DNA of 64,000 nt from Lingula anatina (lineage: Eukaryota; Animalia; Brachiopoda). Below the pieces are notes generated by a model. That model saw nothing but the letters and a program-made list of their open reading frames with translations, was not told the DNA's origin and did not search any database. Shown here piece after piece: positions 1 to 12,600 of the stretch. The stretch lies in the NCBI GenBank assembly GCA_051362555.1, contig CM120647.1, forward strand, positions 2,294,001 through 2,358,000. The letters are read 5' to 3'. Each line of letters opens with the position of its first letter. The stretch's first letter is position 1. The position numbers were made by a program, and so were the translations under genes.

Positions 1-19
1 ACATTTCTTTGCTTTTACA

Positions 20-257
20 GTAGGGGAGACAGGGGCTAGTTGGACCCCGGGGTAAGTTGCCCCCCATCAATTTATAACAAAGTAACTATGGGGTAAAAGA
101 ATTGATCACATCATTTTGTAAAGCGACCTTATCCAATAGCGCTAAGAAAGCGTCGGCAGTGAGTCCAAATGAAATAATTTAGTATCTATAATTTATTAAA
201 TAGACTTGATGAGGGGGCCAACTTATCACGGGGTCCATCCAACCCCGTCTCCCCTAC
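20..257. mobile_element. MITE (non-autonomous DNA transposon) with ~50-bp imperfect terminal inverted repeats
   Basis: The left end GTAGGGGAGACAGGGGCTAGTTGGACCCCGGGGTAAGTTGCCCCCCATCAA matches the reverse complement of the right end (GTAGGGGAGACGGGGTTGGATGGACCCCGTGATAAGTTGGCCCCCTCATCAA). No ORF. Confidence 0.8.
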
Positions 258-371
258 AGAGATTAGCCATCTATTTAACCAGCGAAGCATATTTGAATAT
301 ATAGTGAAAAAATCGATCTATGGCCCTGGTAGAGGGTAGCCAGAATCTGCGGTGTGTTGATTTTGATGCTG

Positions 372-429
372 TCTCAACCATGATTGTGACGGACTCCACA
401 AATATCAGCCAATTGTGTTAGTGAAGACA
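372..429 (+). repeat. Dispersed repeat, copy 1 (copy 2 at 1803-1859)
   Basis: TCTCAAC(C)ATGATTGTGACGG...ATTGTG(T/C)TAGTGAAGACA is shared by both sites. Confidence 0.65.
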
Positions 430-1611
430 TAACGCGAGACGGGGAGGGGGATGAAATGTTTATAAAGAAATGACCTAATAAGTCATTGGAAATGACAACA
501 TGCTATTTTAGTTTAAAATAGATGTCGACGAGCCTTTAAGCAGAGAAAGTTGGATTAAAAGGAAAGATGTTGAAATAAAACGGCGCAAAAATGATGGGGG
601 GAGGGTATGATGATAGTATAAAAGGTTTGGGAGAGTCGGGGAAATTGAGTTTTGAGAGCGTTTGGGTGTTTACTGATGTCCTTTAACTTTAACACACCAG
701 GTTATACAAACTTTTGCAACTTTTGTCTTTAAAGAAAATATGTACAGATTATCTTTTTTTATATAACTACCGTATGTTTCAGCTATAGTAATTCATAAAA
801 ATGTACTTTAAGGATGACTTTTGAGAAAGAGCGCCATTACTAAAATCGCAGCACTGGAAAATTAACTGGCAAAGCGTCAGCACTACGAAAGGAACTAAAA
901 TAGGTTAAAAATTGAACATAAAGTGCCGACAGAATTTACGTGGAGTCCAAGTTTGCAAATTTTGAACTACACAAACTGTCAGCGATTAATTTTCACATCA
1001 AGTATGTTCGCCGACTTGCACGAAATATTGCACATTTCCATTTATGCACTGGGACCTATTTGCGTGACAATCCAGAACATATACATAGGAAAACATAAAA
1101 CAGAAGTGCTAATGAATGAGCCGAATTGCCGAACTATCCACATTGCCAATGAGCTAAAATAGTACAGATTGCGGGTTGAAGGACAGAATGATAATTTTAT
1201 TTTATTTTTTAAATTAAAAATGAATTCGTTACGAGGTGAGATATTCGAGACTTCACAAAGAAATCTAAACAATATTTCAAAAATGTTCCAGTAATATAAA
1301 AAGTTAGGCTAACTTTTGAGGTGAGTGTCACCTCTACCTGAGGTGTGCAATAAGCCACACAACGGAGACTGAAATATTGGAGCGCAAAAATTGACTTGTT
1401 TTAATTATTGATTAAAACAGGCTGTTAGTATGACTAAGTTGTAAAACAACCGGAATAATTCTTGAAACATTGAAAGACTTGAATTGAAATATAATAAATT
1501 TCTTAATTGCCGATTTAGTTTTTCTATTTAATTTTGTATACTCAAAGTATTTTAGCAAACTGCTTACAATTCATTTATAACCGAGGCGTTTCTTTCCAAA
1601 GCATAAAAAAT

Positions 1612-1614
<3 letters not shown>

Positions 1615-1649
<35 letters not shown>
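1615..1649. repeat. (GT)n microsatellite
   Basis: Directly visible dinucleotide run. Confidence 0.95.
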
Positions 1650-1653
<4 letters not shown>

Positions 1654-1802
1654 CGTGAGTGTGTCGGGTGGGGGCGTAGGTCGTGCACGGGAATCTCCCT
1701 CTCTGGCAATTGTCAATATTGACAGGTACGTAATGGTCCGGGAGAATAGAGGAAGTTGAGTTACAACAGGGTTAATGCTACAGTATTTGACTTCAGAGTC
1801 TA

Positions 1803-1859
1803 TCTCAACATGATTGTGACGGTGTCCATGAATTTCATCATATTGTGCTAGTGAAGACA
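1803..1859 (+). repeat. Dispersed repeat, copy 2 (copy 1 at 372-429)
   Basis: Same motif as 372-429, diverged in the middle. Confidence 0.65.
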
Positions 1860-2074
1860 GCGATAAAGCACAGAGGGCGCTGATATGATAATTATCATAA
1901 TTATTTTTTTAAATACTAGAAACTTTTTGCACTGAATACACTAACTTCAATACTGCCCAAATTTCTTGAATCTCATTGATATGAAAAAAGAGTACCATGT
2001 AACAGTGATAACTGTACTTGAGGCCCCTGTATGGCATAGATTTTTTTCTCTGGGAATTCACGTCGAGACGTTGT

Positions 2075-2296
2075 CTAGCACCCCCTTCCCAGAGATTAGA
2101 TCGTTCCAAACTAGATCGACCTAACTCCCTGGGGGTTCACGCTAAATAGCTGTCAGCCGAGCGGGCACGAAAGTTAATTACCCCCTTACAGCTTGTAGTA
2201 GGTGGGACTGACATTTAAGCCAGATTATCTGACAGTAATCTAGTGAGACTCCCCACAGGGATAGATCGATCTAAAATCCATGGGAATACGCCCTAG
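2075..2296. mobile_element. MITE-like interspersed repeat, copy 1
   Basis: 2114-2287 aligns to 4163-4337. The ends are weakly inverted (TTCCCA..GA.TTAGATCG versus CGATCTAAAATCCATGGGAA). Confidence 0.65.
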
Positions 2297-4162
2297 GATC
2301 AAGAAGCCGAAACAACTAAAACTAATTGTTTTAACTTTTACCTATTTATAATAACACGCTTTATATTTATGATCATGGGCCTATTTGATCAATGCTTTAT
2401 TATTTTCTCTCGTTGCGACGACTCATAATATATCATAATACAGTATATCCCAGTAAATTTGAGAATAGCAAAAAATCCACACGATTATCAATTTTTTGCT
2501 ATAACAGTGAAATATGGACGGCGACGACGACGGACGCAGGCGATGGCTTTACTTGTACAGCTATATACACACATATGCACTGCATGCGACTTTTGGTAGG
2601 CCACAGTTAAATAAAGTTTTTTAAAGGCCGGTCTAGTCCGTAGTACTATATTATTTGCAACGAATAACATTTACTTCAGTTGAAAGATATTATATTTTTG
2701 TTTTTTCACTGATTAAAAATATTCTGTTACTTGAAAGCTTAAATCAAATATTGAAAGATCGCTCAACATGATATCTTTTCTATTTGTCCCTTGTTATTAT
2801 TATTATTATTATTTATTAACTTTGAAATTTTCCTTGGTGGGATGGTCTACGCTACATTTACTTCAATTTTGCTGAGAGGTTATAACAGGAAACATAACGA
2901 ACTTTGTATATATACAGTGTATGGTTGATATGTTTATATTTAGTACAGTGATGATTGATGGACAGGTGGGTCAGAAGACCACGTGACAACAGACTGTGCG
3001 TGCGGTGCGATTCAAATGGGGGAATATGTCGTCTGTGACTGCATACATACGGCTGAGTGCCCAGATCAGTTTCGTTCAATACACTGTACAAATTTGAAAG
3101 TCCTCGAATTACGGACGCACGTAAAAGTATAAGACTTTGTTTGGCTAATTATTGGTAAGAATATTGTTTAAACCGGTATATACCAGTAATAATTTAGATT
3201 GCTGATGTTATTTTATGTGGGAACAAAACCACCTATTAAAACTAAAGCTGACCGCGAAGGAAATAAATCTTCAGAGAGAATTATTTTCGCGGTGACCATT
3301 AATTTGCATTATGCTAAACAAATACAAAACAAATGTTGACTAAGAGGTAGTTTTCAGTCGTTTTATACGTATAATTTAATACGCGTTATCGTAAAAGACC
3401 GAATGAACAATTTAATTCAAACCACCTCAGTTTCTACCATTGACAGGCTTGATTTGCAACGTATTGTTGATTTTCAGTTTTTCTTTAATATTCTCTTCCT
3501 ATTATCATTATTCTTCCTTGTCAATTTGCTGCCTTTATTAATTTATTTTCAGTTACCGTTTTTATTCTTTTATTTATGCATTTTTAATCAAAATAATACT
3601 ACCATTTTCTTTTTTTTCCTGAAAGCAAATAAACATAATTTTATCTGCATTTCATTTGATGTTAGTGAGGTTTCTGAATAACAGGTTAAGCAAATAATAA
3701 TGAAATACTAAAAAAAGAAGATAAGTTCCGAAGCCTATTTATTTCTGTCTGGGGCAGTGGTAAATAAATGAAAACTTACAAAATTTCATCAAAGAGATAC
3801 CTGAACGAGTATGATTATCTGTTTACCCACCCCTGCCCGGAGATAGTGTTTTATGAAAATTGGGCATTTATAAATTTTCTCAATATCACATTTTCATTCT
3901 CATTATTATGTTCATTACAAGGGGGGGGGGTTTGAACGGAGATTGTCATGATACCCTGATGTAGATGTTTGAGCTCTAATATTATCTGAAAACCAAGATG
4001 AATAAGAACATTTGAATTTTTTTCAAATAATACGTTCGCGAAATTGCTTTGGGAAGATAGGGATTAAGAAATTTAAGTTGACTTATCAACTTTATCTTTT
4101 ATGGCAGCAGTTTCAATAAACTTTTGTTAGGGACTTCCAGGCCTTATGAACGGATCTATCCG

Positions 4163-4337
4163 GATCGACCTAACTCCCTAGGGTTTCACGCTAAATTGCA
4201 GTCAGCCGAGCGTGCACGACAGTTAATTACCCCCTTACAGTTTTTAGTTGGCGGGACAGACGCTTAAGCCGGCTAAGCTGACAGTAATCTAGTGAGACTC
4301 CCCACAGGAATAGATCGATGTAAAATCTGTGGGAATG
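4163..4337. mobile_element. MITE-like interspersed repeat, copy 2
   Basis: GATCGACCTAACTCCCT...GTCAGCCGAGCG...TGACAGTAATCTAGTGAGACTCCCCACAGG is shared with 2114-2287. A further fragment (AGCCGAGCGTGCAC..AGTTAAT.ACCC..GATCGATCTA) is at ~35785-35840. Confidence 0.7.
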
Positions 4338-4906
4338 GGGTCTAACACTAGCCGCAGATCTTTAGCTCACATTGTTGTCACCCATGTTAACCATAAAACC
4401 CATTCGTTTTATTAGCTTTGCACGACAAGGATGTTTTTAGTAACATCCCAAACTTAATTGCCTGGTCTGCTTTCAGCCCTTCCAAGTGACAATGAGGATT
4501 GTACATGTGTAAGTTTGACCAAGGACGCCAGGTGAGCTGGAAAGCTGGTTTAAGTATGCGTAGTAAAAAGTTAGAGAGAAAGAAAATGGCGATCGCGGTT
4601 GCTTTGAAAACGTGTTTGTCGATTTTGTGCAACAACAAGACGAAGAACACGAGGCCCGCACACGACAGATATGAGTGCTGAACTGATGAACTCCACACTT
4701 TAAAGATACTACTGCGCATGCGTTCAGGTGTCAGAATCTCCTCCGAGCGCAGCCGAGAATCAATTACAGCTTTGGAAACGACTTGCTCTCGCTGCTTGTT
4801 AATTACGCCGCGAGGTATTCAGGGCACAGACCGTGATTACTAGATACCGCCAATGGATTTTTGGAATTTGGATTTTTCATGTGAACGATGCCTAATACAT
4901 TACTAT

Positions 4907-5445
4907 GGGACTGGCCATTATTTAGTTGGAGGGGAAGGGGAAAATGTCTGCAATTCCCACCAAAAAAAGTCGAGAAAACCACTGGCAGCATTCACATTTT
5001 TCTAGATCTCCCTTACGGATTGATTGAATAACTCAACCACCCCCTCAATATCTTGTATGTTGACGACCTTGTCCTATTATCTGCATACACCCATCAGTAG
5101 CAATAGTCGTTTATTCTGTGCTACTTCCCAGTAATAATTCCATAAGTATTTGTACATACTTGTATAGCTGTTATAAAGTTGTTATGATTAGAGTAAAGAG
5201 CCTGTAAAATGTAACTTATACACATTTTATTGCTCAATAAAGATTATTAATTATTATTATTGTAATAAAAGTTTACGCGTGAAAAATTTGTATTTTTCAC
5301 TATGGCTTATATGGCATGTCAAAAAAATAACTTTGCTCAATAACAACTTATCTGTCATTTTCAAATTTCAAGACCCTCTTGATATTAGCTTGAAAAATTT
5401 CAGGCACCCCAATTTCCCCCTCCAACCTAAGTAATGACCGGTCCC
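4907..5445. mobile_element. MITE with GGGAC termini (PIF/Harbinger-like)
   Basis: Left GGGACTGGCCATTATTTAGTTGGAGGGG versus the reverse complement of the right end, GGGACCGGTCATTACTTAGGTTGGAGGGG. The superfamily assignment is tentative. Confidence 0.7.
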
Positions 5446-5620
5446 TAAGTGGCGTTTCAGCCGGTGCCATGCCATTCCTCTCGCTTTCCCACGCGTTCAC
5501 ATATATCTATTGATTTAATTAAGGTAATCCCAGCTTCCTTTCGCCAAGTTGTTCCATATAAATGATAATTTTATCCTTCCACATTCTGGGGAAATTAGAA
5601 ACCTTTAAAGTAGTCAAATT

Positions 5621-5871
5621 TCAATAATTAATAATGTGCTCTATCCACTCTCCCCGCTGCTGAATAACGGCAGCCACGCAAACATTGGCAATGGCTCTTG
5701 CAATCATGTCATGTTTCCTTACTTTTCTTCGAATGTTGGTCTTCAAAGTGTCTCGAGTTTGTGTCTTTTAAACTTAATTTTTTTCTTAAGATGCCCCCAA
5801 AGGAAGAAATATGGGGGATTGAGATCTGACGAGAATGGTGGCCAAGAAAAGTCTGTGTGGCGTGAGATGAT
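5621..5871 (-). pseudogene. Tc1/mariner-superfamily transposase, C-terminal relic
   Basis: The minus strand reads IISRHTDFSWPPFSSDLNPPYFFLWGHLK, matching the WPPxSPDLNPxDFFLWGxLK motif. After a frameshift it continues LKTNIRRKV...VAAVIQQRGEWIEHIINY-stop. Confidence 0.85.
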
Positions 5872-6254
5872 GGTTGAAATTAAAAGGATTCATCCAGCTC
5901 AACGAGAAGTTGGTATTTTGTGCATATTTGTAAACGGGGAACCTGGGAACTATATGAAGGTCGCTTTGGCAAAATATAAACGTTTGGTTGGAAGAAAAAA
6001 AAAACTCATTCGCATTCGCATTAGGAAAAAACAACGCTTATAAAGCTATATTTTAAACTAGTCTCCTGTAATGTCTCGTTTCAAATTTAACTAAATATTT
6101 GCAGAGCGTCAATCCCCAAGTCAGCCAACGTTTGAACAAGACAGAAGTGTTGATCTTCAAAGTCTCCTTGTTGATAAGATATGTTTTTTATTGGAAGTAT
6201 ACCCTTAACCATAAACAATATGCATGATTAAATAACCTCACTCGAAGGTGAGGC

Positions 6255-6666
6255 ATGGAATCGACCGGAGTTGGAGAGAAATTACTCTCCGTCTTTTTCA
6301 TAATTTTGGGGACTCGTTCGGCGCTTTCGAATGCTTATACTGTCATAGACACCTCGCCTACCGAGGATCTGACGTTACGTTTATCAGATCAACCGTTCCA
6401 CGTCAACAATTCCATCACAGTACCGCAGGGGGTAACGCTGAATGTAGAACCTGGCGTTACCGTTAAATTCGGCCCGGCTGTCGGCTTGCGCGTTGAGGGA
6501 CGGCTTTTGGCAGTGGGACAACCCGACAAACGTATACTTTTCACGGCTGCAGACCCACCCAATGTTGAAAGGGATGATAACCAGTCACCTGTTTGGTTTG
6601 ATGGTGCACGATTGGCCGGGGACTTCACGGAAAATCATCTTGGACGCCTGGAACTTTTATACCAAG
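6255..6666 (+). CDS. Exon 1: signal peptide, G8-like module 1, SRCR start
   Basis: ATG at 6255; hydrophobic [16 protein letters not shown]; [24 protein letters not shown]; GRLELLYQG; donor CAAG|GTATAT, phase 1. Confidence 0.85.
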
Positions 6667-9600
6667 GTATATGCAGTGTAGAAAGTATTTGTGTTTTTGG
6701 AGTGTTTATTTATTTATTTTATTATTATTATTTTTTTGTAAGTTATCTATGAGAACAAAATGTTGATTATGTGTATCAACACAAGTTTTCATTGTTACGA
6801 AATGACGGAACAAAACTCTCACCTCCAAGTTGGGGGAATGAAATCTTATAGGAAAACAGCACATGTTTGAAATTTTCCTAAAATAAAATATTTTTGGTGT
6901 CTACATTTCCTGCAAAGCAATCAGTTTTTCCCCAATTCAGACCTAACAAACTATTACAACAATGGTTTCTACTGCCCAGCTACTTAGATATATGTGAAAA
7001 AAAAATTAAATTGAATTTATGCTATACGTCGGATCCAAGTGCACGCAGGGGTCGAGTAATGTTCCGTGAGTAGGAGAAAACTTTATTCCCTTCGAACATT
7101 GATATTGGCTGGTAAACCACATAAAGAGTACATTTTATCCATATTTCGCTTATTTCCAAATTTGGTTTCAGGTGGCACCCTACTTGGTTATAGATCAGAT
7201 CACTCACCAATTAAACTTCAAGTAAAATTTGACAGTTTTAAGCGAGGAAGAGGACTTTGAAAATTTAATAATTCCCTCCTATATGACATGAACTATGTCG
7301 AAAAAATTAATAGATCCATACGAGATTTTTAAAAAAGAATATCCCAGTCCTATACATAATCTTGAAAAAATTGACAACAGTCCTGACCAAGAATTGCAGT
7401 GTATGGTAAACGATCAGATGTTCTAGAACTTATGCTTTTACGTTTATGAGGAACGACTATTTCGTATGCATGTTTTAAGAAGAAAATATTACAAGAGGTA
7501 GAAAAGGGCTTATGAAAGAAATTAAATTAACAGAAGATTTTGAAAATTGTGATACCCTTCTTCAAATAGAATTAGAAAGAAAAAAACAACATTTAATTGA
7601 GATGAGAGGCGCTAGGTAAAAAGGTAGTATTATTAGATCGCGCGAGAAATGGTTAACTGAGGGAGAAAAACCCACAAAATATTTTTTCAGCCTTGAAAAA
7701 AGAAGATTTACAGAAAAAATTATTCCCCGACTACAGGTTGGTAAAAATAGATATCTTGGAACTTTCTAAATCGACTTCTTATCTTTTTAATTTCGGTCCA
7801 AACATAACAAATTTCATTAAAACATTTTATAAAAATATTATTTCAAGAGTAAATCAGGGAGGTCATTTCGAAATGTTTCAACCACAGCGCGGCCTGAGAC
7901 AAGGTGATCTGACATCACCATACATATTTTTGTTATGTTCTGAAATTCTTTCAGTAAGCATAGATAATACCCTCAAATTAAAGGAATACAAATTGGGGGA
8001 AAATGAATACAAGATATCACAATATGCAGAGACACGTCCATAATTTCAGATGTTTCTGAACAGCCCCCTTCCTACAGGATCTAAAATGGTTTGAAAAAAA
8101 GCGGGTTTAAAAATAAATTATGACAAAACTCTGGTTATTTGGATAGGGAGTAAAAAAAACAAACGAGAAACTGTGCAAAAATTGGACACTAATATGGGGT
8201 GCAGCGTCTTTTAAATTATGAGGCATTACATTCTATGTTGAACTAGATACTGTATTTGAATGGAATTATCGGGAAAAAATTGAAAGTACTGAACGATTAC
8301 TTAAACAATCGGAAAGACGAAATTTGACACCAGTCAGCAGAATTACAATAATTAAAAGTCTCATAATATCTAAATTTAACCATCTTTTTATTTCACTACC
8401 TAACCAATCTAACTAAATAATAAAGGAGCTTAAAAAGCTAATGTTTGGATTTCTTTGGAAAGGTAAGCCGGACAAAGTAAAAAGGGAAATATTACGCAAA
8501 AAAATAAAAGATGGAAGACTAAATATGATAAACGCATAAGCTTCAATAATGGCATTAAAATAAGCATGGGTGAGACGGTTGATAAATACGGAGGGTACTT
8601 GGCAATATATCCTTTTGCATAGATATATATTAGACTTGATGCTAAACTGTGGATGTGAATATTTGCGCTTCTGTCAAACAGGCACACAGCATTTTTTTTA
8701 AAGGACGTTTTTTAGCTTGGCGGGAATTGTTGAAAAAAAGAACAAATGACCGAGTTGAATAAAGTCCCACTATGGTACAATAACTCTTTGAGGGTAAATA
8801 AAGAGACGCTGTATGACAAAGGATATAGACAAGTGAATGATCTTATTAATGAACATGGTAGACTATATTCATATAAAGAATTTACTGAACTCGCTAACAT
8901 TATAATCAACTTTTTACAATATAATGCTTTATTGCGACAATAAATGATCGATACAGAAAAAATGACAATGCGCATAAAATCAAAACTTACGGTCCGTGGC
9001 AACCAGAAAGTATACGAGTTATTGTTAGACATAGGCCCTACAAGGGGCTCAAAAGATATGTACGACATATTAAATAGCTCGACTGCTAAGCCTATTTCTG
9101 AGGAAAAATCGTCAAATATTTTTATTCCTCGGATCATAATTTTTGGGAAAAGGTATATAAGAAAACCAATGTGTCAGTAACAGGCCTACCCAAATACCAG
9201 ACTCGGCACATAAGGATCCTGAATTAACCAGTATATCGGACCACACTACCCGTTTTCAAGGTGTGTGTCAGATCGCATTTCGGAGTAGAGGACACAAAAA
9301 TGCTGTGCTTCCAGTTTCGAACTTCTATAGAATGTTCACCACAAATAGCTTTGCATATAAAGCTGGCCTATCTCAATCACCTATGTGCACATTTTGCCAC
9401 GAGGAGGTAGAGACTATATACCATATACTTTGGGATTGTGATATTGTACAAATTTTCTTACGCCAAGTAGAAGCAGGGTTAATTTCTTGTAATATGTTTT
9501 TAATTTCAGAAATATACAGTTTATTCTAATTGACATTAATGAACGTAATGTATCCAATATGATTAATTTTTTTGAATGTTAAAACCTTGTGGATTGTGCT

Positions 9601-12600
9601 ATTGTAATGAGTATTGTGTGCTTGTGACGTTTATTATATACTTGCTTTTTTCTATTGCAATGAAAAATTGTTTGGCTTATTACCATAGGAGCCGAGGGGG
9701 TAGGGGTCATAACGAAATTACTCCCCCCTCACATATTCAAATACATCTGTTATAAATGCAAAAGACCCCCCCCTTCCACGACCACAGACAGGCGTTAATC
9801 TTTAATATTTTTGAATTGTTAGCACCCATCTGACTTCCTACTAGCCTGCATGTTCATTTCCACAAATGTTTGTTAAAGAGAACGTATAATTTTCCCCTTT
9901 CAGGTAGTTTTGGCACCGTTTGTCAGAATGGCTGGGGTAGTTCCTACTACTACAACAACAACAGAGTTGTTGCCAGGATGTTGGGATATAAAACATGTAC
10001 CAGAATAAATAACAGAGGCAGTGGCACTGGAAGTATTCTTCTGAACAACGTGAGATGCAATGGACATGAGAGCTCCCTCTGGGACTGTCCTCACGATGGG
10101 GTCCGTGTACACAATTGTTGTGAGTATCTTACTTACCTGTTATTTTTATTCATGTATTTACTACCTTTGAGAACCATGATATTGCAATTGTGTTAATCTT
10201 TTGTAATAGCCTGAGGCCAGTGTTAGAGATGTTTCTTTGTTTGGTGAATTTTAGAGTGATCTATCACGAAAAAATTAAATTTATAATTAGGCGCCTTTTT
10301 TCACTGCTAAACACAGAAAAGATAAACTCGACACTTTTATAGACGACTGTTATTTATTGTGTCTACAACATGTGAACATTTCTCTTGACCCAGATTTTTT
10401 GGTTTATTTTCCATTTTATTTCGAACATGAAAGTTTGCACGTGTATTGAATGGAATATAATGTAAATTCAGGTATCAAAACATCACATTCTTGTACGTGA
10501 GTGATTATTGCAAAAGTTCTCATTGTGCAGTGTTTGATACGTTCCTGACAACCGGAGGAAGTAAGACAAACTTAATTTGTTTGACAGTTAGACAGAGCTT
10601 AATGTCAAAAAAAGACAAAAAGTGAACTGTGGCCAAAAGTCTGCTAGAATGGAAAATAACACAAAACACTTTCTATTTTAATAGTATTGTGTTATACAAT
10701 GATGGAATTTCGACCATTTACTGCACTCGCGCCATGATCTTATCATTCATTCTGGTCGGTTTCAAATAAGTGTGGGTAAGTTCTTAAACAATAATTACTT
10801 ACAAAGGCATGAGTGCTATATATCGAAGTGGAAAGTAAGAGATGACTAATGGATTTTTATCAGGTAGTTTGTAAAGGGTTATCATGATTTCTATACCGCT
10901 CTGTTATAATATGTATAGTGGCAGATCCAGGATGTGCTAACAGGAGAGGGGGTGCCAACACAAGTATCAATAAATTTTGCCTGGTTTATGGTGGCAAATA
11001 TTCAATGGTAAACTGAGGTAACATTACTGTCATACATGTATATACCGTACAGGTATGGCACATGCTTGCTTTAAGAAAGGCCTGCCCTGTTCACCTTAGC
11101 TTCAGGTTACCCTGTCCTTGGGTATGTCTTTGCATAGGAACCAAAATGATAAAGTATCATACAGTCATTGTCTGTCTTTCTGATGTTAGTAACAACGCAT
11201 CGTCCCTGCAGGGGCACAGTAATAAAATTTCGGCTCCAATCGACCAAACGTGTTTAATTGGGGTCGGCCATATTTTGTCGGCAGATCAGTTAGTCCGAAA
11301 ATCATCTGTTCTAAATCCATTCCTGGTCCGCTGTTCTGAATGCGCTCTCAGAGGCATAGCAGCAATAGACATATAAAGAGATCTAGAGCGCATTAGTTAC
11401 TTCAAACAGATTGCCTTTTGTTCATTTCACAAGTGGTACTGTGGTCTGAGTCGATCTTGCGGGGGCTTTGGGTTTTGATATTTTATCTGGAACGTTTGAA
11501 CCTAACTCTTCAAAACTGTTACTCTGTTTTTCGTCTTTGTTCCCAATAGACTACAATGTTACTGCTGTAGTTGTTGGAGTTGTGTATTAATCCCTTTTGT
11601 TTTTTATCCTTTCTGCAATGTTCTGCATACCATTACCCTGAGTGTCAGAGCAACGTAAAAGCTAGCTTGTTAAATATATACCTTGTGATGGAGTCGCTTT
11701 TACTAGCTCTGACGAACAGCGACAGTCTGAGGGCGTTCTTCTTCAAAATTTTGCCTGGGGCGCTTCCATATTTGGAAGTCACACGTCACAGCCGTGTCCG
11801 CCTGGATCCATATTTGGAAGTCATAAGTCTCGTACGTCACAGGTTTGGCCGCCTGTAGCTGCCTTTCCCGCCTCGCGCTAAAGTTATCTCGTGCAGACGA
11901 GACAAGAAGCAAAGTGCCTGACGAAGTTTGAATTGAAAATATCTTGCAGTCGAAGGTCAGTGCCACAATAGAAGCAACATTCTGCTTTTAAAACTGATTT
12001 TGGTGTAGCCATTGCGCAGCCCTTATAGTGGTATCGGGCATACAGTGTAGCTGTCAAATTTGGCACACGGCAAACACGTGTATTGCGCACGTGTACATCT
12101 CAGGACTAAATGTTCTTTGATAAGCAAAAAATACAAAAACATTGGATATATCTTTTCTGTTCGAATAATATTATTTATTTTTTCACTTTACATCTTACAT
12201 ACAGCAAATAAAATTAAATAAAGCAGAATTAAATCTGTTTTACGTTTCATTTTGGTCTGATGACATTCAACTGCAGATTCACTGCGGAGCAGTTCTATTT
12301 GATTGATGGAAGTGTAACATGGCCGCTGGTCACTAGAGCCGGTATTGTTGATATGGGTTATATATGAAATCAAGATCGAGCTGGCAATACCGGAATCTAG
12401 AACCTAGGGTACATACCATGTGTTAATTAACAGTATTATCACGTCCATTTGCTTCTCGTTCACCACGGTACCTGCTTGACCATCTATATGTCGTCGCTAA
12501 AAACACACAAGTTTGAAATACTAGTAGCTGCCACCAATGCCGCCTGTCCCTCTGTGGTTTCCCAATGGTTTTGTCTCCTATTACCTAGCAACTTCCAAGT

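Noticed and set aside
5636-6043. 135-aa + strand ORF as a gene
   Set aside because: It is largely the antisense of the mariner transposase relic.
11341-11850. Short inverted repeat (TGCGCTCT...AGAGCGCA) and twin CCATATTTGGAAGTCA motifs in intron 2
   Set aside because: Too short to define an element; probably TE debris, and I found no termini or coding remnant.
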